Assembly (NCBI GenBank): GCA_024692185.1
Contig: JAILMV010000197.1
Location: forward strand, 1-43,497
Length of the DNA: 43,497 bases
Direction of reading: 5' to 3'
Source of the DNA: Bacteroidales bacterium
GTDB lineage: Bacteria > Bacteroidota > Bacteroidia > Bacteroidales > UBA932
Below the pieces are notes generated by a model, which ran no database searches, was not told the origin of the DNA, and saw nothing but the letters and a program-made list of their open reading frames with translations. The first letter of the stretch is position 1; every line of letters starts with the position of its first letter. Positions 26,821-34,779 of the stretch are shown piece by piece. The translations under genes and the position numbers were made by a program.

Positions 26821-27909
26821 CTAGAAACGGTAATCCGACAGGTTCTGGATGCCGGGAAGGCGATAGTAACTCTCGACAACATCGCCACGCAGACAAACCT
26901 TCTTCCCCAACTTAGAGGGGTTATCCACAAGATTCAGAGCATTCCGTATATCCCCCTGGGAGAGCTGCACGCTCATGCAGCGGTCCCTGTCAGTGCAGGA
27001 CGCGGCATCCGCTATCACCATATTGGTGCGCGCCGAAAACGGCCCTGCAAAAGAGCAGGACTTGGAACTCAGGTCCCCACCGACTATGTAGCCGCTTACC
27101 CAGATATCCTTCTTACCGGCCATTCCGCGGGCTTCGGCCACGCTGTAAACCTGGTCAGGGACATCTACGGTAGTCCCTCCCCCGGAAGAAGTTCCGTCCC
27201 ACGCCACCGTACATTCGCTCCATATGCGGCTGGTATCTACCCGGATATGGAAATCTATCATCGAAACCGGGATTGCCTTGGGCATGGTCTCGGAAACGCT
27301 AAGCTTCAGGCACATCATCTCTCCAGCCTGCAGGGTCAGGGTATGGATTACTGAGGTCTTTCCTTTGTAATTCAGCAGCAGCGACACGCTGCCGGGATTG
27401 AAGAAGGCGGTGCGGGTCTCGGAAAAACCGAAAGCTAGTGTCCCCTGGGAGCTCCTCAGGAAGACCGAGCCCTCCTTGTAATTGGCGACGAAACTCTCGC
27501 TGAAGATCAACCTTATGCCGGCATTCATCTGTGCGGCCACAAGGTCCAATTCGGCCACCTGACCCTCTGCAAGGGTGATATTGCGGCTGTCACCGAACTG
27601 CGGACAGGCATAGCAGGGTGCATCGAATTCGGAAGAAAGGATGGCTACGTCGTAAGAGTCGGCATCCAGGACGAACTCGCTAGGACACTCCCCCCAAGGG
27701 GCACGGATTACGGACATGCCGTCGCTTCCGGAGATGGAAAGTATGTACTCGGAGAGATCCGGAAAAGACTGGGCGGAACGGGTGCCCGGGTCGAAATTGA
27801 GACGCAGGGTCGCAGATTCGGCGGCATCCTTTCCGGGAGATACACAGGAACTTAGGGAGAATAACAAAGTCGCGGCCAGCGCGCAGGAATAATGGAAAAA
27901 AGATTTCAT
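26821..27909 (-). CDS. DUF4493-like pilin-fold lipoprotein with a C-terminal DUF6359-like (OB-like) domain
   Basis: Lipobox LSSC, TRS processing-like site, P.FGDS...NAGIRLIF N-domain, Gly/Ser/Thr linker, then VYSVAEA..WVSGYIVG..VQL...IRNALNLVDNP..LGKKVCLRGD..YY.LPGI. Confidence 0.7.
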   Translation of the reverse strand: MKSFFHYSCALAATLLFSLSSCVSPGKDAAESATLRLNFDPGTRSAQSFPDLSEYILSISGSDGMSVIRAPWGECPSEFVLDADSYDVAILSSEFDAPCYACPQFGDSRNITLAEGQVAELDLVAAQMNAGIRLIFSESFVANYKEGSVFLRSSQGTLAFGFSETRTAFFNPGSVSLLLNYKGKTSVIHTLTLQAGEMMCLKLSVSETMPKAIPVSMIDFHIRVDTSRIWSECTVAWDGTSSGGGTTVDVPDQVYSVAEARGMAGKKDIWVSGYIVGGDLSSKSCSFAGPFSARTNMVIADAASCTDRDRCMSVQLSQGDIRNALNLVDNPSKLGKKVCLRGDVVESYYRLPGIQNLSDYRF

Positions 27910-27940
27910 AAGGCTCGTTTTTCCACAAAAATATAGGAAG

Positions 27941-28008
27941 CAAACGTAAAAGACCCCCCTGAAACATGCATCAGAAACACGTTTTTTTATGTTTTACTGG
28001 CGGAAACA
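27941..28008 (-). promoter_or_regulatory. Promoter with three TGTTTC boxes
   Basis: Minus strand: TGTTTCCGCC (27999-28008), TGTTTCTGAT (27970-27979), TGTTTCAGGG (27957-27966), -7 box TACGTTTG (27941-27948). Confidence 0.62.
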
Positions 28009-28085
28009 TAAAAAAAATTCACGGGGACCCGCATCACTGCGAGCGCCCCGCTACTTAACCTAAACTTAAACTATGAAAAACTTCG
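28009..28085 (-). ncRNA. Putative small regulatory RNA (~75 nt)
   Basis: -7 box TAGATTTG (28089-28096), U-rich body TTTTTCATAGTTTAAGTTTAGGTT, then hairpin CGGGG..CTCGCA-GTGA-TGCGGG..CCCCG and a T run. No ORF; 5' end approximate. Confidence 0.68.
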
Positions 28086-28141
28086 ACGCAAATCTAATGA
28101 ATATTTTTTACAAATGCACAATAATTCTGAAAATTAAGATG

Positions 28142-28149
28142 TAATTTTG
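28142..28149 (+). promoter_or_regulatory. -7 promoter box for the M16 peptidase
   Basis: TAATTTTG, 17 nt before the ATG. Confidence 0.55.
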
Positions 28150-28166
28150 TCCCAAAATCATAAAAG

Positions 28167-31067
28167 ATGAAAAGATTTGCATTTCTGTTAGTTTCTTTCA
28201 TCGCCGCCGCTCTGGCAGTTTCCTGCAGCCGTTACGAAACGGTAAAGGGAGATCCGATGAAATCCAAGATCTACACCCTCGACAATGGTCTCAAAATCTA
28301 CATGACCGTAAACAAAGAGGAACCCCGTATCCAGACCTTCGTCGCAGTCCGCGTCGGAGCTAAGAACGACCCCAAGGAAACCACCGGTCTGGCCCACTAT
28401 TTCGAGCATCTCATGTTCAAGGGCTCGGAGCAGTTCGGCACCCAGGATTACGAAGCAGAAAAGCCCATGCTCGACGAAATCGAGCGTCTGTTCGAAGAAT
28501 ACAGGAGCATCAGCGACCCCGCGGAGCGCAAGGCACACTACGCCAAGATCGACTCTGTCAGCTTCCAGGCATCCCAGCTTGCCATTCCCAACGAATACGA
28601 CAAGCTGATGAGCATGATTGGCAGCCGCGGGTCCAACGCCTGGACTTCCTTCGACGAGACCGTCTATACGGAAGACATTCCCTCCAACCAGATGGAAAAC
28701 TGGGCCAAGATAGAGGCAGACCGCTTCCGCCACAACGTCATCCGCGGCTTCCATACCGAGCTCGAAACCGTTTACGAGGAATATAACATGAGCCTTACCA
28801 GCGACGGACACAAAATGCTGGAAGCCGTCAACAAGGGACTGTTCCCCCACCATCCCTACGGAACCCAGACCGTACTTGGAACCCAGGAGCAGCTCAAGAA
28901 CCCTTCCATCGTAAACATCAAGCGCACCTACAATACCTACTATCGTCCGAATAACATCGCCATCTGCCTCTCCGGAGATTTCAACCCCAAGGAGGCCGTC
29001 AAAATCATAGATAAGTACTTCGGCGATTGGGAGCCCAATCCGGACATTCCCGAGTTCAAATTCGAAAAGGAGCAGCCCATCACCGAGCCTGTAGTGAAGG
29101 AAGTGAAAGGCCTTCAGGCAGAAATGCTGGCCATGGGATGGCGCCTTCCCGGCAGCTCGGACTTCGAAGCTTCCGCAGTGTCCGCAATAACCTCCAGCAT
29201 TCTCTATAACAGCCAGGCCGGTCTGATAGACATCGACATCAACCAGAAGCAGAAGGCCATGCAGGTCTTTGCCATCTCTATGCCCAGCTCCGACTACAGC
29301 ATCCTCCTCACCCTGGGAATGCCCAAGCAGGGGCAGACCCTGGACGAACTGAAGGAGCTCACCCTCGAAGAGATAGCCAAACTCAGGAACGGAGACTTCG
29401 ACGAGAGTCTGATCGAAGCAACCGTGAACAACATCCGCCTTACGAAGATGGCACAGCTCGAAAGCAACCGCGCCCGTGCCAATGCCTTCGTGGATGCCTT
29501 TATAGCCGGAGTCGACTGGAAAGATGCGGCCCTCGAACTGGAGCGCTACAGCAAGGTCAGCAAGGAAGACATCGTCGCCTTCGCTAATGAGTATCTGAAG
29601 GAAGACAACTACACCATAGTTTACAAGCGCCAGGGCGTGGATGAGAGCCAGAAGAAGATAGAAGCACCCGCAATCACCCCTATCGCCACCAACCGCGACA
29701 AGCGCAGCGCCTTCCTCGACGAGGTATCCGCCAGCGAGGTCACTCCCATCGAGCCTGTTTTCGTCGATTTCAACAAGGACATGTCCAAGTTCAAGCTCTG
29801 CGAGGGCGTGGACGTGCTCTACAAGCACAACGAGCTCAATGACATAGCTGAGGTAGAATACATCTTCAACCGTGGCACGGAGGACGACCCCGCCCTCAAC
29901 CTTGCATTCTCGTACATCGAGTACCTCGGCACCGCCGACATGAGCAGCGAGGAGATTGCACGCAAGATGTATGACCTGGCCTGCAGCTTCGGTATGAGCG
30001 CAAAATCTCACTCAACTTCCATCCACGTGAGAGGCCTCAGCGAGAACCTTCCCGAGGCCGTCCGCATACTGGAAAGCCTGATTGCCAACGCTACTCCCGA
30101 CGAGGACATCCTCGCCAACTGCAAAGCCGACATCATGAAGATGCGCTTAGACAACAAGAGCGACCAGGACGAATGCATGGATGCCCTCGAGCGTTATATG
30201 TTCTACGGTCCTGAATTCGTGAAGAAGACCACCATCAGCAATGAGAGCCTGATGGCACTCAGTTCCGAAGAACTGCTTGCCAAGGTCCGCGAAATTGCCG
30301 GAAAGGGTCACGAGATACTCTACTACGGTCCCGAAAGCCAGGCATCTGTCAAGAAGATGCTCTCCGAGAACCATAAGGTCGGCGAGAATCCCGAACCCAT
30401 GGAAGAGAAGTTCAGCAAGCGCCTCACCACCGAAAGCAGCCAGGTACTGCTGGCCCCCTATGATTCCAAGCAATTCCTCTATGTCCAGTACACCGACCTC
30501 GGCGGCAAGTTCGACAAGGCCAACACTGCCGAAATCAATATGTACGACGAGTATTTCGGAGGAGGAATGAACAGCATAGTATTCCAGGAGATGAGGGAGG
30601 CCCGCGGCCTTGCATACAGAGCCTATGCCTATCTCGAACAGCCCTCCGATCCCGTTAACGGATATATGTTCTACGCCTACATCGCCAGCCAGAACGACAA
30701 GCTGCGCGCAGCAGCCGACGGCTTCAAGGAGATCATCGAGAACATGCCCGTCAGCGAATCCGCCTTCCAGATTGCCAAAGACGGAATCCTCTCTCGTATG
30801 CGCACCAAACGCACCACCGGAAAAGCCGTCCTGGACCTCTATCGCCAGTGCCGCAGGCTAGGCCTCGACGAACCCAGCGACAAAGCTGTCTTCGAGGCTA
30901 TCCAGACCATGAGCCTGGAGGACGTGAAGGCAGCTCAGCAGAAGTGGGTGGCAGGAAAGAATTATGTGTTTGCTATCCTCGGAGACCCTGCCGATCTCGA
31001 TCAGGACTTCCTAAAGACCCTCGGTCCGGTGAAGAAAGTTTCCCTCGAGGAAATCTTCGGATATTGA
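28167..31067 (+). CDS. M16 (insulinase/pitrilysin) family zinc peptidase lipoprotein
   Basis: Lipobox AVSC, inverted zinc motif HYFEH, NAWTSFDETVY, FQEMREARGLAY. Confidence 0.93.
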   Translation: MKRFAFLLVSFIAAALAVSCSRYETVKGDPMKSKIYTLDNGLKIYMTVNKEEPRIQTFVAVRVGAKNDPKETTGLAHYFEHLMFKGSEQFGTQDYEAEKPMLDEIERLFEEYRSISDPAERKAHYAKIDSVSFQASQLAIPNEYDKLMSMIGSRGSNAWTSFDETVYTEDIPSNQMENWAKIEADRFRHNVIRGFHTELETVYEEYNMSLTSDGHKMLEAVNKGLFPHHPYGTQTVLGTQEQLKNPSIVNIKRTYNTYYRPNNIAICLSGDFNPKEAVKIIDKYFGDWEPNPDIPEFKFEKEQPITEPVVKEVKGLQAEMLAMGWRLPGSSDFEASAVSAITSSILYNSQAGLIDIDINQKQKAMQVFAISMPSSDYSILLTLGMPKQGQTLDELKELTLEEIAKLRNGDFDESLIEATVNNIRLTKMAQLESNRARANAFVDAFIAGVDWKDAALELERYSKVSKEDIVAFANEYLKEDNYTIVYKRQGVDESQKKIEAPAITPIATNRDKRSAFLDEVSASEVTPIEPVFVDFNKDMSKFKLCEGVDVLYKHNELNDIAEVEYIFNRGTEDDPALNLAFSYIEYLGTADMSSEEIARKMYDLACSFGMSAKSHSTSIHVRGLSENLPEAVRILESLIANATPDEDILANCKADIMKMRLDNKSDQDECMDALERYMFYGPEFVKKTTISNESLMALSSEELLAKVREIAGKGHEILYYGPESQASVKKMLSENHKVGENPEPMEEKFSKRLTTESSQVLLAPYDSKQFLYVQYTDLGGKFDKANTAEINMYDEYFGGGMNSIVFQEMREARGLAYRAYAYLEQPSDPVNGYMFYAYIASQNDKLRAAADGFKEIIENMPVSESAFQIAKDGILSRMRTKRTTGKAVLDLYRQCRRLGLDEPSDKAVFEAIQTMSLEDVKAAQQKWVAGKNYVFAILGDPADLDQDFLKTLGPVKKVSLEEIFGY

Positions 31068-31069
31068 TC

Positions 31070-34000
31070 CTAACGGAGGTTCTTGTTCTTTAGATATTCA
31101 TCGACGATTTCATAGTAGTCGGTCTGGATAAAATCCGAACCGGCTTCTATGAATCGTTCAAGTACGTCGCAGTCAGTGTCGGGATCGGCGCTCATGTCGT
31201 CATACCAATAAAGCAACTGCTCTCCAAGGGCATAGCCCCCGGTATTAGGATCGTCTATGCAGTTGGACAGGCTGAGAGCCCCATAACTATGGCATAGCTC
31301 TCCGAAGCCCTCCGTTGTCTTGTCGTAATAAGTCTTATAGTCGTACTGGAACAGTTTGGTAGTCCCGAAATAGCCTGAGGAATAGTCGGTTATACCGGAA
31401 GGTGCGGTAATCCAGGGATGTATCGCCAGCATTCCTCCAAGAGTGTCAAAACCCTCGCGCACATAGGCTCTTTTATCCGACACCCCGAAAATCAGGACCT
31501 GGTCCCTGGTATCCGTAGTGCGGATCGCCTCTATGACGGCGTCCATGTCAGGCTCGTTGTCATTGCCATCCTTCTTTATGTCCAGGATGACGAAGATCTT
31601 CCCTTTGCATACGGCAAGGGCCTCCTCCAAGGAGGGGACCCTGATATAGTCGCCGTTCATCTGCAAATAGGTTGATGAGCCCCGGGCCCTCAATCGGAGG
31701 GCCCGTACTTCATCATAGCTCATCTCCGAAATCAAAGGACTTCCGGAGGCGTTGGTGGTATATTTCACCCCCTCGTTGTGCATCAGCATAAGCCTGCCGT
31801 CGGCTGTCTGGCGGACATCGATTTCCACCATGTCCAAGCCGAGGGCTATGGCCTTCTGGATGGCAGGGATGGAGTTTTCGGGGTACTTATTCTTTACGGA
31901 CCAATAGGTATTTCCCCTGTGTGAGCAGATATACACATGGTTAGCGGGTACGGCTGCGCGTCCGTATTCACTTATCTTAGTATCGCAAAGACTGAGCAAG
32001 TTCAGGCCGGAAAGCGGAACAGGATCCGAGCCGGACGAAGGAGAAGCCGTCCCTCTGGGCACAGGGTAACCGTTGGTAAAGAGTTCCCAGCTTGCAGCAT
32101 GCACATCCTGCTGGGGATTCTCGTTCCACTCGGCAGCAGCCGCATCCAGTGCGGAAATGAAGTTGGAATAGCTCGTAGATGTGGAAGGACGGGTAACGCT
32201 GCCATTGCCCCGCATCTGGGCGTCGCTCAACTCTTGTTCGCTCTTGGTATAGCTGTAGCTACCACTGGACCTGCCGGCCTTGAAACCGCTAATCCAATAG
32301 ACGTCGCTGATAATGGCTCCCACAGTTCCGCTGTCCCCAGAACCCCTCAGCCAGCCATATATGCTACCATTGGACTGATTGGAAGCAGGGCTTACTACGC
32401 TGCTGTTGTCCAGGTAGAAATTGGTGTACGGAGCAGGAGAATAGCAGTTGCGTATGGTAACATCCTGGGCAAAGCCGACTATGCCGGCGATATTGGTATT
32501 GCTGCCACTGGCCGTCGAAATCTTGGTGGGGAAAGCGCAGCTGTTGAAGATGGTGAAATAGTTCATCGCACGGCAATCTGCCTTACCTACTATTCCGGCC
32601 ACGCCGCCGCCCGTACCATTGTAGTTGAGTATGGATCCTCCTACGAAACAGCAATTGGAGATAAGCATGGTTTTCTGGTTGTTGTAGATATAACCTACTA
32701 TACCTCCCAGGAAGCCATAAGTTCCTGATGCGCTGTTGTTTATGATGTCGCACTTGGCCGAGCAGGCATTGATTACGATCGGGGCCTCCATGGAACCGAC
32801 GATGCCGCCTAGTTTTCCCTGGGTTCCGACTATTTCCTTGCAATCCACCACGCAGTTCTCGATACGGCGGGCCTCACTGTTGTTGTGCACCTGGCCCACT
32901 ATGCCTCCCACGTCATATTTTGCGCCTTCTATGCTTGTCTGGCTGCCTGTTACGGTGCAGGAGTAGGTATTGCCGGCATTATGGTAACCTACTATTCCTC
33001 CTACGGCATAATCACCCCTGACTATTCCCTTGAAAGAGCAGGCGCGTATGGTTCCTGACATCTGCTTGCCGCAAATGCCTCCTACGCTTTCCTTGGTCGT
33101 GCTTATCTCGGACCCGCTGACCACGCAGTTTTCCACGACAGCGGTGGAAGAAGGCTGGATGCAGCCGACTACGGATCCTACGTTCCAATGTCCTGTGGCG
33201 CTGGTGCTGACATTTACCATGCGGAGACCGTCCACGTGGGCCTGCCCAGCAAGGTAACCGAAGAATCCCACGGCCATTCTGTCGTTCTGGTTGCGGATCA
33301 CGGCATTCTTTATACTGTATCCTCCACCCAGGTAAGTACCTTCGAAGTAGTTGGCTTCAGGTCCGCCGTAGTCCGCACTGTTGCTGTTGCCTATGGCATC
33401 CATATATCCTCCGTCGAAATCGATGTCGGCAGACTGGCGGTAGTAGTCAGTGCGGAAACTGCCGCTTCCGGCTTCTACCTTGGCAGCCATTTCTGCAAGG
33501 TCTGCCATTGTCTCGATACGCCAAGGACTGGTGGAATTACCCTTTCCGCCGTTGAAATAATAAAGCACGGGAGTAATACCCGACATGTTCACCGAGATGC
33601 TGTTCAGGCATCCCTCCCTGAAGGAGACCGGATGGCCGTCGGGGATGGTGATTTCCTTGGTGTATGAATAAGAATCCGAGGTATAGGCTATCACGGAAAG
33701 ACTCTCACCGGCTCCTATGGATGCTTCCCAGGAGGTGAACCAGACATCGATATCTCCACCGCCGGAAAGAGGGGTAGCATATTTCACGTCCAAGCTCCTG
33801 CTGCCGGAATATATCGACCCGCTCTCCCCAGTGGAGAGATTCATTTCACGGGCTCCAGCCAGGTTCACTCCTGCAGGAGCGATGATTTCGACCCTTTTCA
33901 CGGATTTTCCGGAAGGAATACCTTTCAGGGTAATCTTGTTCAACGCCACGGCCCTGCGGAAAGAGGCAGTCCACTCGGTGCTGAGGCTGTTGAAAGAATC

Positions 34001-34474
34001 CGGATGGGCAATCATTATGAAAGCCGCCGGGTCATAGCTTGAGGAAGATGCATTCTGCACCTCCGGAAGCAGGACCTTGAAACTATCCGGATCGGTATTA
34101 TCGGCCTCCACAGCTGCAGTTGCGGGGTAGATACCCTGATACAGATAGGATGATGCGCTCGCGGGATTTACGCTGAAACTGAAGGAAGCATCGGGCGAAC
34201 CGGCATAACTGTCGGTCACGGAAGATTTTGCAAAAGTGTCGGAAGATCCGCCGCTGATGCAGAGCATCATCTGCTCGCCGCTCCCCCAGAGCACGACTTT
34301 GTCCTGATTATTATATGTGTCCAGATAAGTCTTGACTTCGCTGGCCTTCACGGTAATGACTATTCCCTCTTTTTCGGCCGGGCGGACAAGGTCCATCTCA
34401 TTATCCTTACTGCAAGATGCGCAAGCGACTATCGCCGCGGTCAGCGCAAACAAACGGAGTGTTAAATTTTTCAT
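31070..34474 (-). CDS. Multidomain lipoprotein: fimbrillin-like N-domain, GLUG-like repeats, glycerophosphodiester phosphodiesterase domain
   Basis: Lipobox CASC, VKT..W pilin-like start; GGKGNSTSPWRIET and repeated VGGIVG motifs; C-terminal SHRG..PENSIPAIQKAIALGLDMVEIDVRQTADG.LMLMH...IQTD. Confidence 0.8.
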   Translation of the reverse strand: MKNLTLRLFALTAAIVACASCSKDNEMDLVRPAEKEGIVITVKASEVKTYLDTYNNQDKVVLWGSGEQMMLCISGGSSDTFAKSSVTDSYAGSPDASFSFSVNPASASSYLYQGIYPATAAVEADNTDPDSFKVLLPEVQNASSSSYDPAAFIMIAHPDSFNSLSTEWTASFRRAVALNKITLKGIPSGKSVKRVEIIAPAGVNLAGAREMNLSTGESGSIYSGSRSLDVKYATPLSGGGDIDVWFTSWEASIGAGESLSVIAYTSDSYSYTKEITIPDGHPVSFREGCLNSISVNMSGITPVLYYFNGGKGNSTSPWRIETMADLAEMAAKVEAGSGSFRTDYYRQSADIDFDGGYMDAIGNSNSADYGGPEANYFEGTYLGGGYSIKNAVIRNQNDRMAVGFFGYLAGQAHVDGLRMVNVSTSATGHWNVGSVVGCIQPSSTAVVENCVVSGSEISTTKESVGGICGKQMSGTIRACSFKGIVRGDYAVGGIVGYHNAGNTYSCTVTGSQTSIEGAKYDVGGIVGQVHNNSEARRIENCVVDCKEIVGTQGKLGGIVGSMEAPIVINACSAKCDIINNSASGTYGFLGGIVGYIYNNQKTMLISNCCFVGGSILNYNGTGGGVAGIVGKADCRAMNYFTIFNSCAFPTKISTASGSNTNIAGIVGFAQDVTIRNCYSPAPYTNFYLDNSSVVSPASNQSNGSIYGWLRGSGDSGTVGAIISDVYWISGFKAGRSSGSYSYTKSEQELSDAQMRGNGSVTRPSTSTSYSNFISALDAAAAEWNENPQQDVHAASWELFTNGYPVPRGTASPSSGSDPVPLSGLNLLSLCDTKISEYGRAAVPANHVYICSHRGNTYWSVKNKYPENSIPAIQKAIALGLDMVEIDVRQTADGRLMLMHNEGVKYTTNASGSPLISEMSYDEVRALRLRARGSSTYLQMNGDYIRVPSLEEALAVCKGKIFVILDIKKDGNDNEPDMDAVIEAIRTTDTRDQVLIFGVSDKRAYVREGFDTLGGMLAIHPWITAPSGITDYSSGYFGTTKLFQYDYKTYYDKTTEGFGELCHSYGALSLSNCIDDPNTGGYALGEQLLYWYDDMSADPDTDCDVLERFIEAGSDFIQTDYYEIVDEYLKNKNLR

Positions 34475-34486
34475 AGGGCAGGCAAA

Positions 34487-34642
34487 TTAATAGACATACT
34501 CATTATCATTCAGGTCGGTATCGCCATAATAGCCGCCTCCGCCGGCATGGAATTTATCATAGCCTGAAGTAATCAAGATAGAATCTCGAAAGCTGGAAAT
34601 GACGATATCCGCTTCCGGTTTGGAATAAAACTTTAGTTTCAT
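34487..34642 (-). CDS. Small 51-aa peptide, absent from the ORF track
   Basis: MKLKFYSKPEADIVISSFRDSILITSGYDKFHAGGGGYYGDTDLNDNEYVY*, with an AT-rich leader; ends 12 nt before the lipoprotein ATG. Confidence 0.7.
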   Translation of the reverse strand: MKLKFYSKPEADIVISSFRDSILITSGYDKFHAGGGGYYGDTDLNDNEYVY

Positions 34643-34749
34643 TATGAATTAAGTGTTGGTTATTGCTAGTCTCGGTATTAGAACGTCGCAAATGGCAACT
34701 ATCCCCCAATGCCCGCAAGAATTTTTTGCGCATATTTCCTACATTTTAT

Positions 34750-34757
34750 TATATTTG
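34750..34757 (+). promoter_or_regulatory. -7 promoter box for the acyl-CoA synthetase
   Basis: TATATTTG, 22 nt before ATG 34780. Confidence 0.6.
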
Positions 34758-34779
34758 CACGACTAAACTTAAACTTTAT

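Noticed and set aside
26697-27354. Short ORFs overlapping tRNA-Gly and its terminator
   Set aside because: They overlap a clear tRNA and the antisense strand of a real gene.
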